A DNA stretch of 32,412 nucleotides, taken from assembly GCA_964651235.1 (NCBI GenBank), contig CAZYXQ010000002.1:1-32412 (forward strand), read 5' to 3'. Shown here in pieces: positions 1 to 9,614 of this stretch; position 1 is the stretch's first letter, and every line of letters begins with the position of its first letter. The notes beneath the pieces are model-generated. The model searched no databases, was not told where the DNA came from, and saw nothing but the letters and a program-made list of their open reading frames with translations. Origin of the DNA: an uncultured Gammaproteobacteria bacterium. Lineage in GTDB: Bacteria > Patescibacteriota > Microgenomatia > UBA1406 > GWC2-37-13. Both the position numbers and the translations under genes were made by a program.

Positions 1-2
1 AA

Positions 3-1043
3 ACATCCCGATTGTTTTATATTATATGCGGAGTATTATATATAGTATTAAGTTACTATTTTACTGACAATAATTTTTGGTTTGAACATGCATTCGTCTT
101 CTTAAGTTTGTGTATTTATATACTTACCTACCTGTTAAAACAAAACACATATACAGAAATTGGTATCGGGGTTGGATTACTTCTTGTATTTCTTATTAAG
201 CCAACGTTTGTTCTTCTCATTATTCCCGTTATATTATTTAAAAGAAAATGGAATATTCTTAAGTATCTGTGCGTTTTTCTGAGTATCTTCTTGTCGTTTT
301 TATACATAACCGGATTACTCTCAATCTATCTTGATATTATGTTTGCTTTTAATATGAAGGCAATATCATTTATACGTACTTTCTATTCGTTTGGAATCGA
401 CAGAGTAATGTTTCACAGCATACTAGGATTAACGCTCCTCTCACTCATTATCCTCATACGTCAAAGGGCGTATTACTCTTTTTTCGTATTCTTGGGGATA
501 CAGTGTTCCTTTGTTCTTCAGGGATATACGAAAATAAACTTCATTCCTTTTATCCCTTTTTTTATCATTCTAGTCGGTCTTGTCGGTAAGAAATTACATA
601 AAGGATATTTGTTTATTTATCTATTCTTAATTGCCCTGTTTACTTTAATAAGTTATCAAAAAATTAAACATTACTACGTAATATCAAAACAAAATATTCC
701 CTATATCAAAAACCCTCTTATGCATACCTGTCTACAACTCATTACCAATAAAAACCTTTTAGAAAACAAGCATGTCTATTATGATTCGCCTGAGTTTTAT
801 TATCTACTAGACTACAAACCTCCTTTTTATTATTTGCTATATCTGGATTTTATTACAACACATAGAGATGATTTTGAATCAAGAACCATATCAGAGATTA
901 AAAAAAATAACACTCAGTATTTGGTTTTAAAAAACGAAAATAAACCGAAATACAAAAATCTTTACTCTTTACAAAAGTTTATTAGGGAAGATTTTATAAT
1001 TAAAACGGCTGATAGTTGTTTCACTTATTACCAAAAAAAATAA
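3..1043 (+). CDS. Polytopic membrane protein, 5'-truncated by the window edge; possibly the C-terminal part of a GT-C-type (ArnT/PMT-like) glycosyltransferase
   Basis: The frame is open from the first bases of the window; there is no stop before the TTG at 12 used by the ORF track. The product is a chain of hydrophobic helices followed by a roughly 100-aa Y/K/N-rich soluble tail. Stop TAA at 1041-1043. Function is inferred only from architecture and from similar genes at 15936, 30619 and 31733. Confidence 0.55.
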   Translation, partial: TSRLFYIICGVLYIVLSYYFTDNNFWFEHAFVFLSLCIYILTYLLKQNTYTEIGIGVGLLLVFLIKPTFVLLIIPVILFKRKWNILKYLCVFLSIFLSFLYITGLLSIYLDIMFAFNMKAISFIRTFYSFGIDRVMFHSILGLTLLSLIILIRQRAYYSFFVFLGIQCSFVLQGYTKINFIPFIPFFIILVGLVGKKLHKGYLFIYLFLIALFTLISYQKIKHYYVISKQNIPYIKNPLMHTCLQLITNKNLLENKHVYYDSPEFYYLLDYKPPFYYLLYLDFITTHRDDFESRTISEIKKNNTQYLVLKNENKPKYKNLYSLQKFIREDFIIKTADSCFTYYQKK

Positions 1044-1044
1044 C

Positions 1045-1073
1045 TTGACACAAAGTAGTTGTTTTACTATCAT
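1045..1073 (+). promoter_or_regulatory. Sigma-70-like promoter of rubrerythrin (TTGACA-17 nt-TATCAT)
   Basis: TTGACA at 1045-1050, a 17-nt spacer, then TATCAT at 1068-1073. The ATG at 1080 lies 6 nt after the -10 element and has no purine-rich RBS, which implies a leaderless or near-leaderless mRNA. Confidence 0.5.
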
Positions 1074-1079
1074 GCAAGT

Positions 1080-1637
1080 ATGAACAATACTCAACAAAAT
1101 TTACTAAAAGCATTTGCCGGTGAAAGCCAGGCAAGGAACAAATATTACATGTTTGCAAAAGTTGCTCATAAAGAAGGACTTGAATGGGTTGCGCGTATTT
1201 TTGAGGAAACGGCAGACAACGAACGAGCACATGCTGAGGAACTCTTTGAACTTATCACGGGTGCAGTAAAGACAACCGGAGATCTGGAGCTGAAACCGTA
1301 CAAAAAAACTATTGACAATCTCAAAATGGCGGCAGAAGGCGAAAAATATGAATGGACCACTATGTATCCTGATTTTGAAAAAATTGCAATTGAGGAAAAA
1401 CAGACTGAAGCTGCAAAACTTTTTGGAGAACTCAAAGAAGTAGAGGAAAAACATGAAGAACGCTACATTATCATCGCAAAAAAACTGGACAGTAAGACAC
1501 TGTATGATTCGGAAGCTGAGCTTGAATGGAAGTGCGTAAACTGCGGATATATCCATAAAGGAAAAAAACCACCATTGAACTGCCCTGTATGCAAAAAAGC
1601 ATTCACGTGGTATATGCCTCTTGGACTTGTGCATTAA
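1080..1637 (+). CDS. rbr: Rubrerythrin (ferritin-like di-iron domain plus C-terminal rubredoxin-like CxxC...CxxC domain)
   Basis: MNNTQQNLLKAFAGESQARNKY..., ERAHAEE and EGEKYE...EEKHEERY match the E/ExxH di-iron motifs. C-terminal WKCVNCGY...LNCPVCKK gives the 4-Cys site. ATG 1080 is preferred over the track's TTG 1059 because of the promoter geometry and the typical rubrerythrin N-terminus. Confidence 0.9.
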   Translation: MNNTQQNLLKAFAGESQARNKYYMFAKVAHKEGLEWVARIFEETADNERAHAEELFELITGAVKTTGDLELKPYKKTIDNLKMAAEGEKYEWTTMYPDFEKIAIEEKQTEAAKLFGELKEVEEKHEERYIIIAKKLDSKTLYDSEAELEWKCVNCGYIHKGKKPPLNCPVCKKAFTWYMPLGLVH

Positions 1638-1718
1638 ACAATAATAAAATACTCTTCACAACCATTAAAAAAAAGGTATTATGAATGTAGGACCATTATT
1701 TTGTGGGTATTAGTTTAT

Positions 1719-2141
1719 ATGGATGCAGTCGAGTCAATAAAATTAAAACTTTCCCGTCTCTTCCGATCTAAAATCGATACAAAATTGTGCCGGCCTATTG
1801 GAGTGTATGAAAAACAGAATAGAGTGTATTTTTTATTTCAAAAAAAAATATCTCCTTCAATAATCGAGTCTGCATCAAGTGATAATGGGTTTGAATTCAA
1901 TTTAGATGAAAAAAGTTACGAATTTAATAAAAACGAAGCAGAATTATTATATATAAACAGATTCTGTAAAGATGAATCAGAATTTTTTTATACAAAAAGC
2001 ACTTCAGATGTAACGCCTCATATTCTGAAATTGGAACATGCAGCTGTTTCTCATTATGCATCTTTTTCCTTTACTGCACATAAGGGATACGTCGTTTCTG
2101 ATTATCGCTTTGAGAACCAAATTCTTTTTTATTATGTATAA
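1719..2141 (+). CDS. Degenerate GH130-like segment (N-terminal blades); ends at an in-frame TAA and shares its frame with the CDS at 2262
   Basis: GVYEKQNRVYFLFQKK...SASSDNGFEF parallels GSIIKENGIYYLFYRA...KAVSSDGIHF of the intact modules. The EDPR acid motif is not conserved (aligned region reads RFCKDESEFF). First ATG at 1719 (track start is TTG 1701). It may be the 5' part of a disrupted or read-through gene. Confidence 0.4.
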   Translation: MDAVESIKLKLSRLFRSKIDTKLCRPIGVYEKQNRVYFLFQKKISPSIIESASSDNGFEFNLDEKSYEFNKNEAELLYINRFCKDESEFFYTKSTSDVTPHILKLEHAAVSHYASFSFTAHKGYVVSDYRFENQILFYYV

Positions 2142-2261
2142 ATAAATATCTCTACCTCAATTTCATCTGATCAAAAAAAATGTAAACCAAATAAAAAACA
2201 ACTTATCATCGAAGCTTATCCTATTGAAATAGGAGGAGTATATAAAACGGATAATGGAATA

Positions 2262-3563
2262 TTGATTCTTTATTTTAAAAAAGAAATTTATAACAACATT
2301 ACCTATTATTCTGCATATCTTGCCCTGTTTGATAAAGATGAACCTTTAAACTGTATTTGGAAAACGCCACAACCTGTTTTTAGACATAAAGACCATTGGA
2401 AAGACCTACCAATCCAATACGTAGGTTCTGTCTATCTACGGGAAAAGCTAGTTTCATACTGGTATGTTAATAAAACAATACTCTATGCAGTACAACTGAC
2501 AGGATTTCCCTTTGATCCATTTGCTCTTTATGTAAGCAAAAAGAAACTACAGCTTAAAAAACATCCTCGCAACCCCATTCTTTCACCCAACCCAAAACAT
2601 GACTGGGAGGCATTTAATACGTTTAATCCTGCCGCATTATATGCGGATAAAAAAGTACATCTCCTCTATCGTGCACAGGGATATGATTATGTCTCAACTG
2701 TCGGTTATGCGGTAAGTACCGACGGGGTACGGATTGACAAAAGGCATGAAAAACCCATCTATGCTCCCCGGATGGGATTTGAAGAAAATGGGAAATTAAA
2801 CGGAGTATATGATTTTATGTCAGGTGGATCATATGGTGGGGTTGAGGATCCACGGGTAACTCTCATGAATGACACGGTTTATATGACGTATGTCGCATTT
2901 GACGGATGGTCTCCACCACGTCTTGCTCTTACCTCAATTCTCTTGGATGATTTCCTGCATGCACGATGGAACTGGGAAAAACCGGTACTAATCTCACCTC
3001 CCGGCATCATTGATAAAAGTGGTTGTCTGCTTCCCGAAAAAATAAATGGAAAATATGTTTTTTTTCACCGTGTTTTTCCCAATATTCTCATCGATTTTGT
3101 CGATGATCTCAATTTTGACGGTAAAACCAAATGGCTGAAAGGTAAATATCAAATTAAAATACGTGAGAATATGTGGGATAGCCGGAAAATTGGAGCAGGA
3201 GCTCCGCCGATCAAAACTAAAGACGGCTGGTTACTCATCTATTATGGTGTTGATGATCGTGATGCGAGTAAATATCACATCGGAGCGATGTTACTGGATT
3301 TAAAAAATCCAACACAGGTTCTTCACCGAACAAATCACCCAATTGTAGAACCGTTGGAAGACTATGAAAATAATGGATTTAAACCCGGTATCGCCTATCC
3401 GTGCGGTGCAGTTATTGTAAAAGACACACTAATGGTTTATTATGGTGGATCTGATTCTGTAGTTTGTGTTGCAACAGCCCACCTTGATACATTCTTACAG
3501 GAACTCACGACGAAAGAGACGGGTCACCTTGATCCAATACAAATTAGAGAGGTTGAAATCTGA
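2262..3563 (+). CDS. GH130-family glycoside phosphorylase/hydrolase-like protein (COG2152 'glycosidase-related')
   Basis: From about 2562: HPRNPILSPNPKHDWEAFNTFNPAALY, YRAQG...VGYAVSTDGV, GGVEDPRVT, PEKINGKYVFFHRV, APPIKTKDGWLLIYYGV, HIGAMLLDLKNP and MVYYGGSDS form the typical GH130 five-bladed propeller motif series. The first 100 aa are the tail of an upstream degenerate module. The only start is TTG 2262, with no in-frame ATG until deep in the domain, so the 5' boundary is uncertain. Confidence 0.8.
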   Translation: MILYFKKEIYNNITYYSAYLALFDKDEPLNCIWKTPQPVFRHKDHWKDLPIQYVGSVYLREKLVSYWYVNKTILYAVQLTGFPFDPFALYVSKKKLQLKKHPRNPILSPNPKHDWEAFNTFNPAALYADKKVHLLYRAQGYDYVSTVGYAVSTDGVRIDKRHEKPIYAPRMGFEENGKLNGVYDFMSGGSYGGVEDPRVTLMNDTVYMTYVAFDGWSPPRLALTSILLDDFLHARWNWEKPVLISPPGIIDKSGCLLPEKINGKYVFFHRVFPNILIDFVDDLNFDGKTKWLKGKYQIKIRENMWDSRKIGAGAPPIKTKDGWLLIYYGVDDRDASKYHIGAMLLDLKNPTQVLHRTNHPIVEPLEDYENNGFKPGIAYPCGAVIVKDTLMVYYGGSDSVVCVATAHLDTFLQELTTKETGHLDPIQIREVEI

Positions 3564-5503
3564 TGGATACTCCACTTATCCGTCATCCTGAAAATCCTGT
3601 CCTTAAACCTGTTCCAGGAAGTCTGTGGGAAAGTTATGCTACATTCAACGGATCAATCATTAAAGAAAATGGAATCTATTATCTTTTTTACCGGGCTATG
3701 TCTGATGAGGTTATGTATTATGGAAAAAAAATACGACTCTCAACAATTGGAAAAGCGGTAAGCAGCGACGGAATTCATTTTGCAAAACGATCCCAGTTTA
3801 TTCATCCTGATTTGACTTGGGAACTATATGGTTGTGAAGATCCGCGTGTCACAAAAATCGATAATACATTTTTCATTTTTTACACAGCACTCTCAGGTTT
3901 TCCTCCTAATTATCACACGATAAAATCAGCAGTCGCCATCTCACATGATCTTGAAACCATTTCAGCAAAACATCTTGTCACGCCCTTTAATGCAAAAGGA
4001 ATGACCATGTTTCCGGAAAAAATAAATGGACTTTATTCAGTCTTATTGACTGTTGATACGGATAAACCACCGGCAAAACTGGCACTTGCTCAATTTGAAA
4101 AAATCGAAACACTGTGGGATCTGGAATTCTGGCATAAATGGTATGAAAATATTACCGATCATACAATTCTCTTAAGAAGAGTTACCACGGATCAGATAGA
4201 GATAGGTGCCCCACCTTTAAAAACTTCACACGGTTGGCTTCTTATTTATTCCTACATCAAACATTATTTTTATCCCGATAAGGTATTTCGTATTGAGGCG
4301 GCTTTATTCGATCTTGATAATCCAAAACAGATGGTTGGAAGAATTGAAAAACCCTGTCTTGTACCTGAGGCAGCTTATGAACGTGCTGGCCAGATAGAAA
4401 ACATCGTTTTTCCGGAAGGGGCAATAATCGATGAAGATGAATTAAAAGTATATTATGGGGGAGCTGATAGTACTTGTTGCCTTGCAACTTCTCCGCTTAA
4501 TTCATTTATGAGTAGATTTCAGCTAAACAGTCCTGATGTAATCACTTGTCATCGGTTTCCCAATAACCCGCTTCTTGAACCGATAAGTGAACATCCTTGG
4601 GAATCAAAAGCAGTTTTTAATCCGGCTGCAATTTTAATAGATGATATAACACATATCATCTATCGAACGCAATCCGAAAATGATATTTCTTATTTGGGTT
4701 TAGCAATAAGTCATGATGGTATTTGTATTGATGAGAGAATTCCTGAACCCATTTATGTTCCCCGATCCAAATGGGAGATTGCTGATTCAAAAAATACACC
4801 GCACGGATGTGAAGATCCCCGTATTACCCGGATCGGAGATGTACTGTATATGTGCTATACAGCTCATAATGGAAAAATTGCACGACTTGCTATGACTTCA
4901 ATTTCAGTTTCTGATTTTGTCAAAAGAGACTGGTCAAAATGGAAAGAACCCATCATCATATCCCCTCCTGACGTGATGGATAAAGATGGTTGTCTATTTC
5001 CTGAAAAAGTGAACGGTAAATATGCCTTTTTTCACCGGATAGAACCAAACATCGTTATTGATTTTGTAGACGATCTTGAGTTTAAAGAAAAAAAGTATCT
5101 TGATAATAATATAAAAATCCATCCTCGACCGATGACATGGGACGATGTCAAAATCGGGATTAATGCTCCTCCAATAAAAACCAGCGAAGGATGGATTGTA
5201 TTTTATCATGGCATTAGTCAAATAGATCATCACTACCGCCTTGGTGCACTACTACTTGATCTTGTTAATCTCTCGCAAGTAAAAGCACGTATAACATATC
5301 CGATTCTTGAACCTGAAGAATATTTTGAACGTGTAGGCGTTGTAAATAATGTGGTATTTCCCTGCGGATTTGTAGAAAAAAATGGGGAAATACTGCTTTA
5401 TTATGGCGGAGCTGATAAAGTCACCTGTGGTGCACGGATTGATAAATCAAAACTTCTAACTCATTTGATAAAAAGTATGAAAAAACAATATATTACGTTA
5501 TGA
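3563..5503 (+). CDS. Protein with two tandem GH130 modules
   Basis: Two full repeats of the GH130 motif series (RHPENPVLKP...GCEDPRVT...VYYGGADS, then FPNNPLLEP...GCEDPRIT...LYYGGADK). The start ATG overlaps the upstream stop (TGATG at 3561-3565). Confidence 0.85.
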   Translation: MDTPLIRHPENPVLKPVPGSLWESYATFNGSIIKENGIYYLFYRAMSDEVMYYGKKIRLSTIGKAVSSDGIHFAKRSQFIHPDLTWELYGCEDPRVTKIDNTFFIFYTALSGFPPNYHTIKSAVAISHDLETISAKHLVTPFNAKGMTMFPEKINGLYSVLLTVDTDKPPAKLALAQFEKIETLWDLEFWHKWYENITDHTILLRRVTTDQIEIGAPPLKTSHGWLLIYSYIKHYFYPDKVFRIEAALFDLDNPKQMVGRIEKPCLVPEAAYERAGQIENIVFPEGAIIDEDELKVYYGGADSTCCLATSPLNSFMSRFQLNSPDVITCHRFPNNPLLEPISEHPWESKAVFNPAAILIDDITHIIYRTQSENDISYLGLAISHDGICIDERIPEPIYVPRSKWEIADSKNTPHGCEDPRITRIGDVLYMCYTAHNGKIARLAMTSISVSDFVKRDWSKWKEPIIISPPDVMDKDGCLFPEKVNGKYAFFHRIEPNIVIDFVDDLEFKEKKYLDNNIKIHPRPMTWDDVKIGINAPPIKTSEGWIVFYHGISQIDHHYRLGALLLDLVNLSQVKARITYPILEPEEYFERVGVVNNVVFPCGFVEKNGEILLYYGGADKVTCGARIDKSKLLTHLIKSMKKQYITL

Positions 5504-5946
5504 TAGCAGGAATTGATTATATCGGTATTACAACCCCTTTTTATTGCACTGACGATAAGGGTAATTTTCTACTCCACAAAAGAAGTAAGAACTGTCGCGA
5601 TGAAATAGGTGTTTGGGATGCAGGCGGAGGAAAACTGGAGTTTGGCCAAACACTGGAAGAAAATGTAATACGGGAAGTAGAAGAAGAATACGGATGTAAA
5701 GGAACCATTCTAAAACAGCTCCCCCCATACACTTTATTACGTACCCACAAGGAAATAAAAACACATTGGGTCGCAGTCCCATTTCTTATCAAAGTAAATC
5801 CCAAACAAGTTACAAACAACAATCCTGAAAAAATTGATGAAATCAGATGGTTTACCTTAACTACTCTTCCTTCTCCCCTACATACAGGGTTCCAAATTGC
5901 ACTTAAGAAATATAGGCAATTATTTTTAATCCCAGTCAAAAAATAA
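5500..5946 (+). CDS. NUDIX hydrolase
   Basis: Nudix box GGGKLEFGQTLEENVIREVEEEYG (GX5EX7REUXEEXGU). ATGA start/stop overlap with the GH130 gene at 5500-5503. Confidence 0.85.
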   Translation: MIAGIDYIGITTPFYCTDDKGNFLLHKRSKNCRDEIGVWDAGGGKLEFGQTLEENVIREVEEEYGCKGTILKQLPPYTLLRTHKEIKTHWVAVPFLIKVNPKQVTNNNPEKIDEIRWFTLTTLPSPLHTGFQIALKKYRQLFLIPVKK

Positions 5947-5995
5947 TATTTCTTTGTTATTATTAATAGCATTCTTAATAGTTATTTTTTTATAT

Positions 5996-7282
5996 ATGAA
6001 AATCAAAGATGTGTATGCTCAGGAGATATTAGATAGTCGCGGTAATCCAACTGTTGAGTGTGTCACAACACTTGAAGATGGTTCAACCGGATGGGCTGCT
6101 GTGCCATCTGGCGCTTCAACGGGTAAATATGAAGCGGTCGAACTCCGGGATAAAGAGATGAAACGTTATAACGGTCAGGGTGTATTAAAGGCAGTATCCA
6201 ATGTAAATGACATTATTTCAAAAGCAGTCAGAGGGCTTGAAGCTGAAAATCAAGAAAAAATCGATACTACCATGATTGAACTTGACGGGACTGAGCATAA
6301 AGCCAAGCTTGGTGCAAATGCTATCCTTTCTGTCTCGCTGAGTACTGCACGTGCACAAGCAGCGTCAGAAAAAACACCTCTGTACCAATATCTTTCAAAA
6401 TTGAATCCTGATCATAAGGGATCGTTTATTATGCCAATTCCAGAAATGAATGTAATGAATGGAGGCAAACATGGAAACTGGTCAACCGATATACAAGAAT
6501 ATATGCTTTTTCCCATAGGTGCCTCATCAATTGTTGAAGCAATTCGAATGAATACAGAAGTCTATCATAAGCTAAAAAAGATCTTAAAGGAAACGGGTTA
6601 TTCAATCGCAGTGGGTGATGAGGGTGGTTTTGCTCCTTCGTTTTCAACTAACGAAGAACCATTCCAACTTATGAGTGACGCTATAAAAAAAGCAGGATAC
6701 ATACTCGGAAAAGATATCAGTTTTGGAATTGATCCGGCTGCAACCGAATTTTATCAAGACGGTGTATATCACTTAAAAAAAGAGGGGAAAAAAGTAAATA
6801 GTTCTCAACTTGCTATATTCTTTCAAGATCTTGCGCAACGATATCCCATCATTTCTATGGAAGATATCTTTGCTGAAGATGACTGGGATGGATTTAAAAA
6901 CTATACGGATAAAGCAAATAATAAAACCCAGATTGTGGGAGACGATCTGTATGTTACCAATGTCAAACGGTTAAAAAAAGGTATTGAACAGAAAACAACA
7001 AATTCTATCCTAATAAAGTTAAATCAAATCGGAACCCTTAGTGAAACAATCGATGCAATACTTCTAGCACGAAAAAACGGAATGAGTGCGATTGTATCGC
7101 ATCGATCAGGAGAAACTGAAGACGCATTTATTGCGGATTTTGTTGTTGCAATGGGTACCGGACAAATTAAAACCGGAGCACCAGCTCGGAGTGAAAGACT
7201 GGTAAAATATAACCAACTGATGCGAATCGAGCGGGAACAACAAGGAAATACAATATATGCACGGTTTCCGTTTTTAGGTTAA
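5996..7282 (+). CDS. eno: Enolase (phosphopyruvate hydratase)
   Basis: MKIKDVYAQEILDSRGNPTVE..., SGASTG, GDDLYVTN, IKLNQIGTLSET and SHRSGETED are canonical enolase motifs. ATG 5996 is chosen over the track's upstream extension (5954), which adds a non-homologous hydrophobic leader. Confidence 0.95.
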   Translation: MKIKDVYAQEILDSRGNPTVECVTTLEDGSTGWAAVPSGASTGKYEAVELRDKEMKRYNGQGVLKAVSNVNDIISKAVRGLEAENQEKIDTTMIELDGTEHKAKLGANAILSVSLSTARAQAASEKTPLYQYLSKLNPDHKGSFIMPIPEMNVMNGGKHGNWSTDIQEYMLFPIGASSIVEAIRMNTEVYHKLKKILKETGYSIAVGDEGGFAPSFSTNEEPFQLMSDAIKKAGYILGKDISFGIDPAATEFYQDGVYHLKKEGKKVNSSQLAIFFQDLAQRYPIISMEDIFAEDDWDGFKNYTDKANNKTQIVGDDLYVTNVKRLKKGIEQKTTNSILIKLNQIGTLSETIDAILLARKNGMSAIVSHRSGETEDAFIADFVVAMGTGQIKTGAPARSERLVKYNQLMRIEREQQGNTIYARFPFLG

Positions 7283-7340
7283 AGTAAAGATCTGAAATTC
7301 TTGACATTACTACCAAGAACCATTAGCATAAGCTATACCT

Positions 7341-7460
7341 ATGGAAAGAACAGCTGAAGATGTGGGTGGACTGCTTACAGAAGTTATCTCATCTTTTCTG
7401 GACTTTATTCTTATTCCTATTGCTTTACTTGGTCTATTATCTGAAAAACCATCTAAATAA
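7341..7460 (+). CDS. Candidate small (39 aa) single-helix membrane peptide
   Basis: ATG...TAA ORF MERTAEDVGGLLTEVISSFLDFILIPIALLGLLSEKPSK. It is preceded by TTGACA (7301-7306)-17 nt-TAGCAT (7324-7329) and followed immediately by the terminator hairpin. It is too short for the ORF track, and no homology is recognisable. Confidence 0.3.
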   Translation: MERTAEDVGGLLTEVISSFLDFILIPIALLGLLSEKPSK

Positions 7461-7489
7461 AAAACCCCGCTTTTTCAAGCGGGGTTTTT
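7461..7489. terminator. Bidirectional rho-independent terminator between eno/small ORF (+) and groEL (-)
   Basis: AAAACCCCGC-tttttcaa-GCGGGGTTTT. The GC-rich 6-bp stem (7465-7470 / 7479-7484) is flanked by an A-run on one side and a T-run on the other, so it can work on both strands. Confidence 0.8.
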
Positions 7490-7512
7490 CTTTATAACCT
7501 AAATACGGTTCC

Positions 7513-9195
<1,683 letters not shown>

Positions 9196-9209
9196 TTATT
9201 AATTTCTAA

Positions 9210-9533
9210 TTATTCAACAACTGCCATAACGTCTTTCTGCTCTACAAGAAGCCATTCTTCTCCACCTACTTTTATCTCATTCCCACCCCATTTTTTATAC
9301 ATTACCTTCTGACCGACCTTAACAACCATACTGGTGCATTTACACTTGTCATCACTCTCACAACAATCACAAGACTGACCTGGTCCAACAGCCATCACCT
9401 CACCCATTTGGGGTTTTTCTTTAACAGTATCAGGAAGTACGATACCTGAAGGAGTTACTTCTTCAGCTGAGAGTGGTTTGATAAGTACATAATCAAACAA
9501 AGGTTTTATTGAGTGACCCTTTTGTTTTGACAT
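9210..9533 (-). CDS. groS: Co-chaperonin GroES (Cpn10) with a Cys-rich insertion
   Basis: IKPLFDYVLIKP...SGIVLPDTVKEKPQMGEVMAVGPG...KVGQKVMYKKWGGNEIKVGGEEWLLVEQKDVMAVVE matches GroES. It sits immediately upstream of groEL on the same strand. Confidence 0.93.
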   Translation of the reverse strand: MSKQKGHSIKPLFDYVLIKPLSAEEVTPSGIVLPDTVKEKPQMGEVMAVGPGQSCDCCESDDKCKCTSMVVKVGQKVMYKKWGGNEIKVGGEEWLLVEQKDVMAVVE

Positions 9534-9585
9534 AGATTTAAATAAAAAAAACTTGTAAAATGAATTAATAACTGAAACGGATATT

Positions 9586-9614
9586 AATTTATAAAATTTT
9601 TTTCATTTTGTCAA
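9586..9614 (-). promoter_or_regulatory. Possible groES-groEL promoter (TTGACA-17-TAAATT on the minus strand)
   Basis: The reverse complement of 9609-9614 is TTGACA and of 9586-9591 is TAAATT. No CIRCE-type inverted repeat is visible. The AT-rich context makes this tentative. Confidence 0.3.

Noticed and set aside
1104-1634. Long antisense or alternative-frame ORFs inside strong genes. Examples: 1104-1634 and 1166-1435 in rbr; 7780-9202 in groEL; 11223-13723 in copA; 26429-26998, 27374-27661 and 28313-28690 in the permeases; 16297-16756; 5541-5972.
   Set aside because: Each overlaps a CDS with unambiguous family motifs on the other strand or frame, and their translations are low-complexity. 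They are typical shadow ORFs.
2139-2141. Alternative genetic code (stop-codon reassignment) as the explanation for the in-frame TAA
   Set aside because: TAA terminates well-supported genes (rbr, eno, the NUDIX gene at 5946). TGA also acts as a stop (GH130 genes, GT4). Nothing supports code 4 or 25, or a TAA reassignment.
5954-5995. Upstream extensions of eno (5954), NUDIX (22088), GT4 (25240), the permease (27666) and the adaptor (30618) as given in the ORF track
   Set aside because: The extensions add non-homologous residues before canonical family N-termini, or overlap neighbouring genes. Internal ATGs give the typical starts.
9534-9614. CIRCE/HrcA operator (TTAGCACTC-N9-GAGTGCTAA) upstream of groES
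   Set aside because: I read both strands and found no such inverted repeat.
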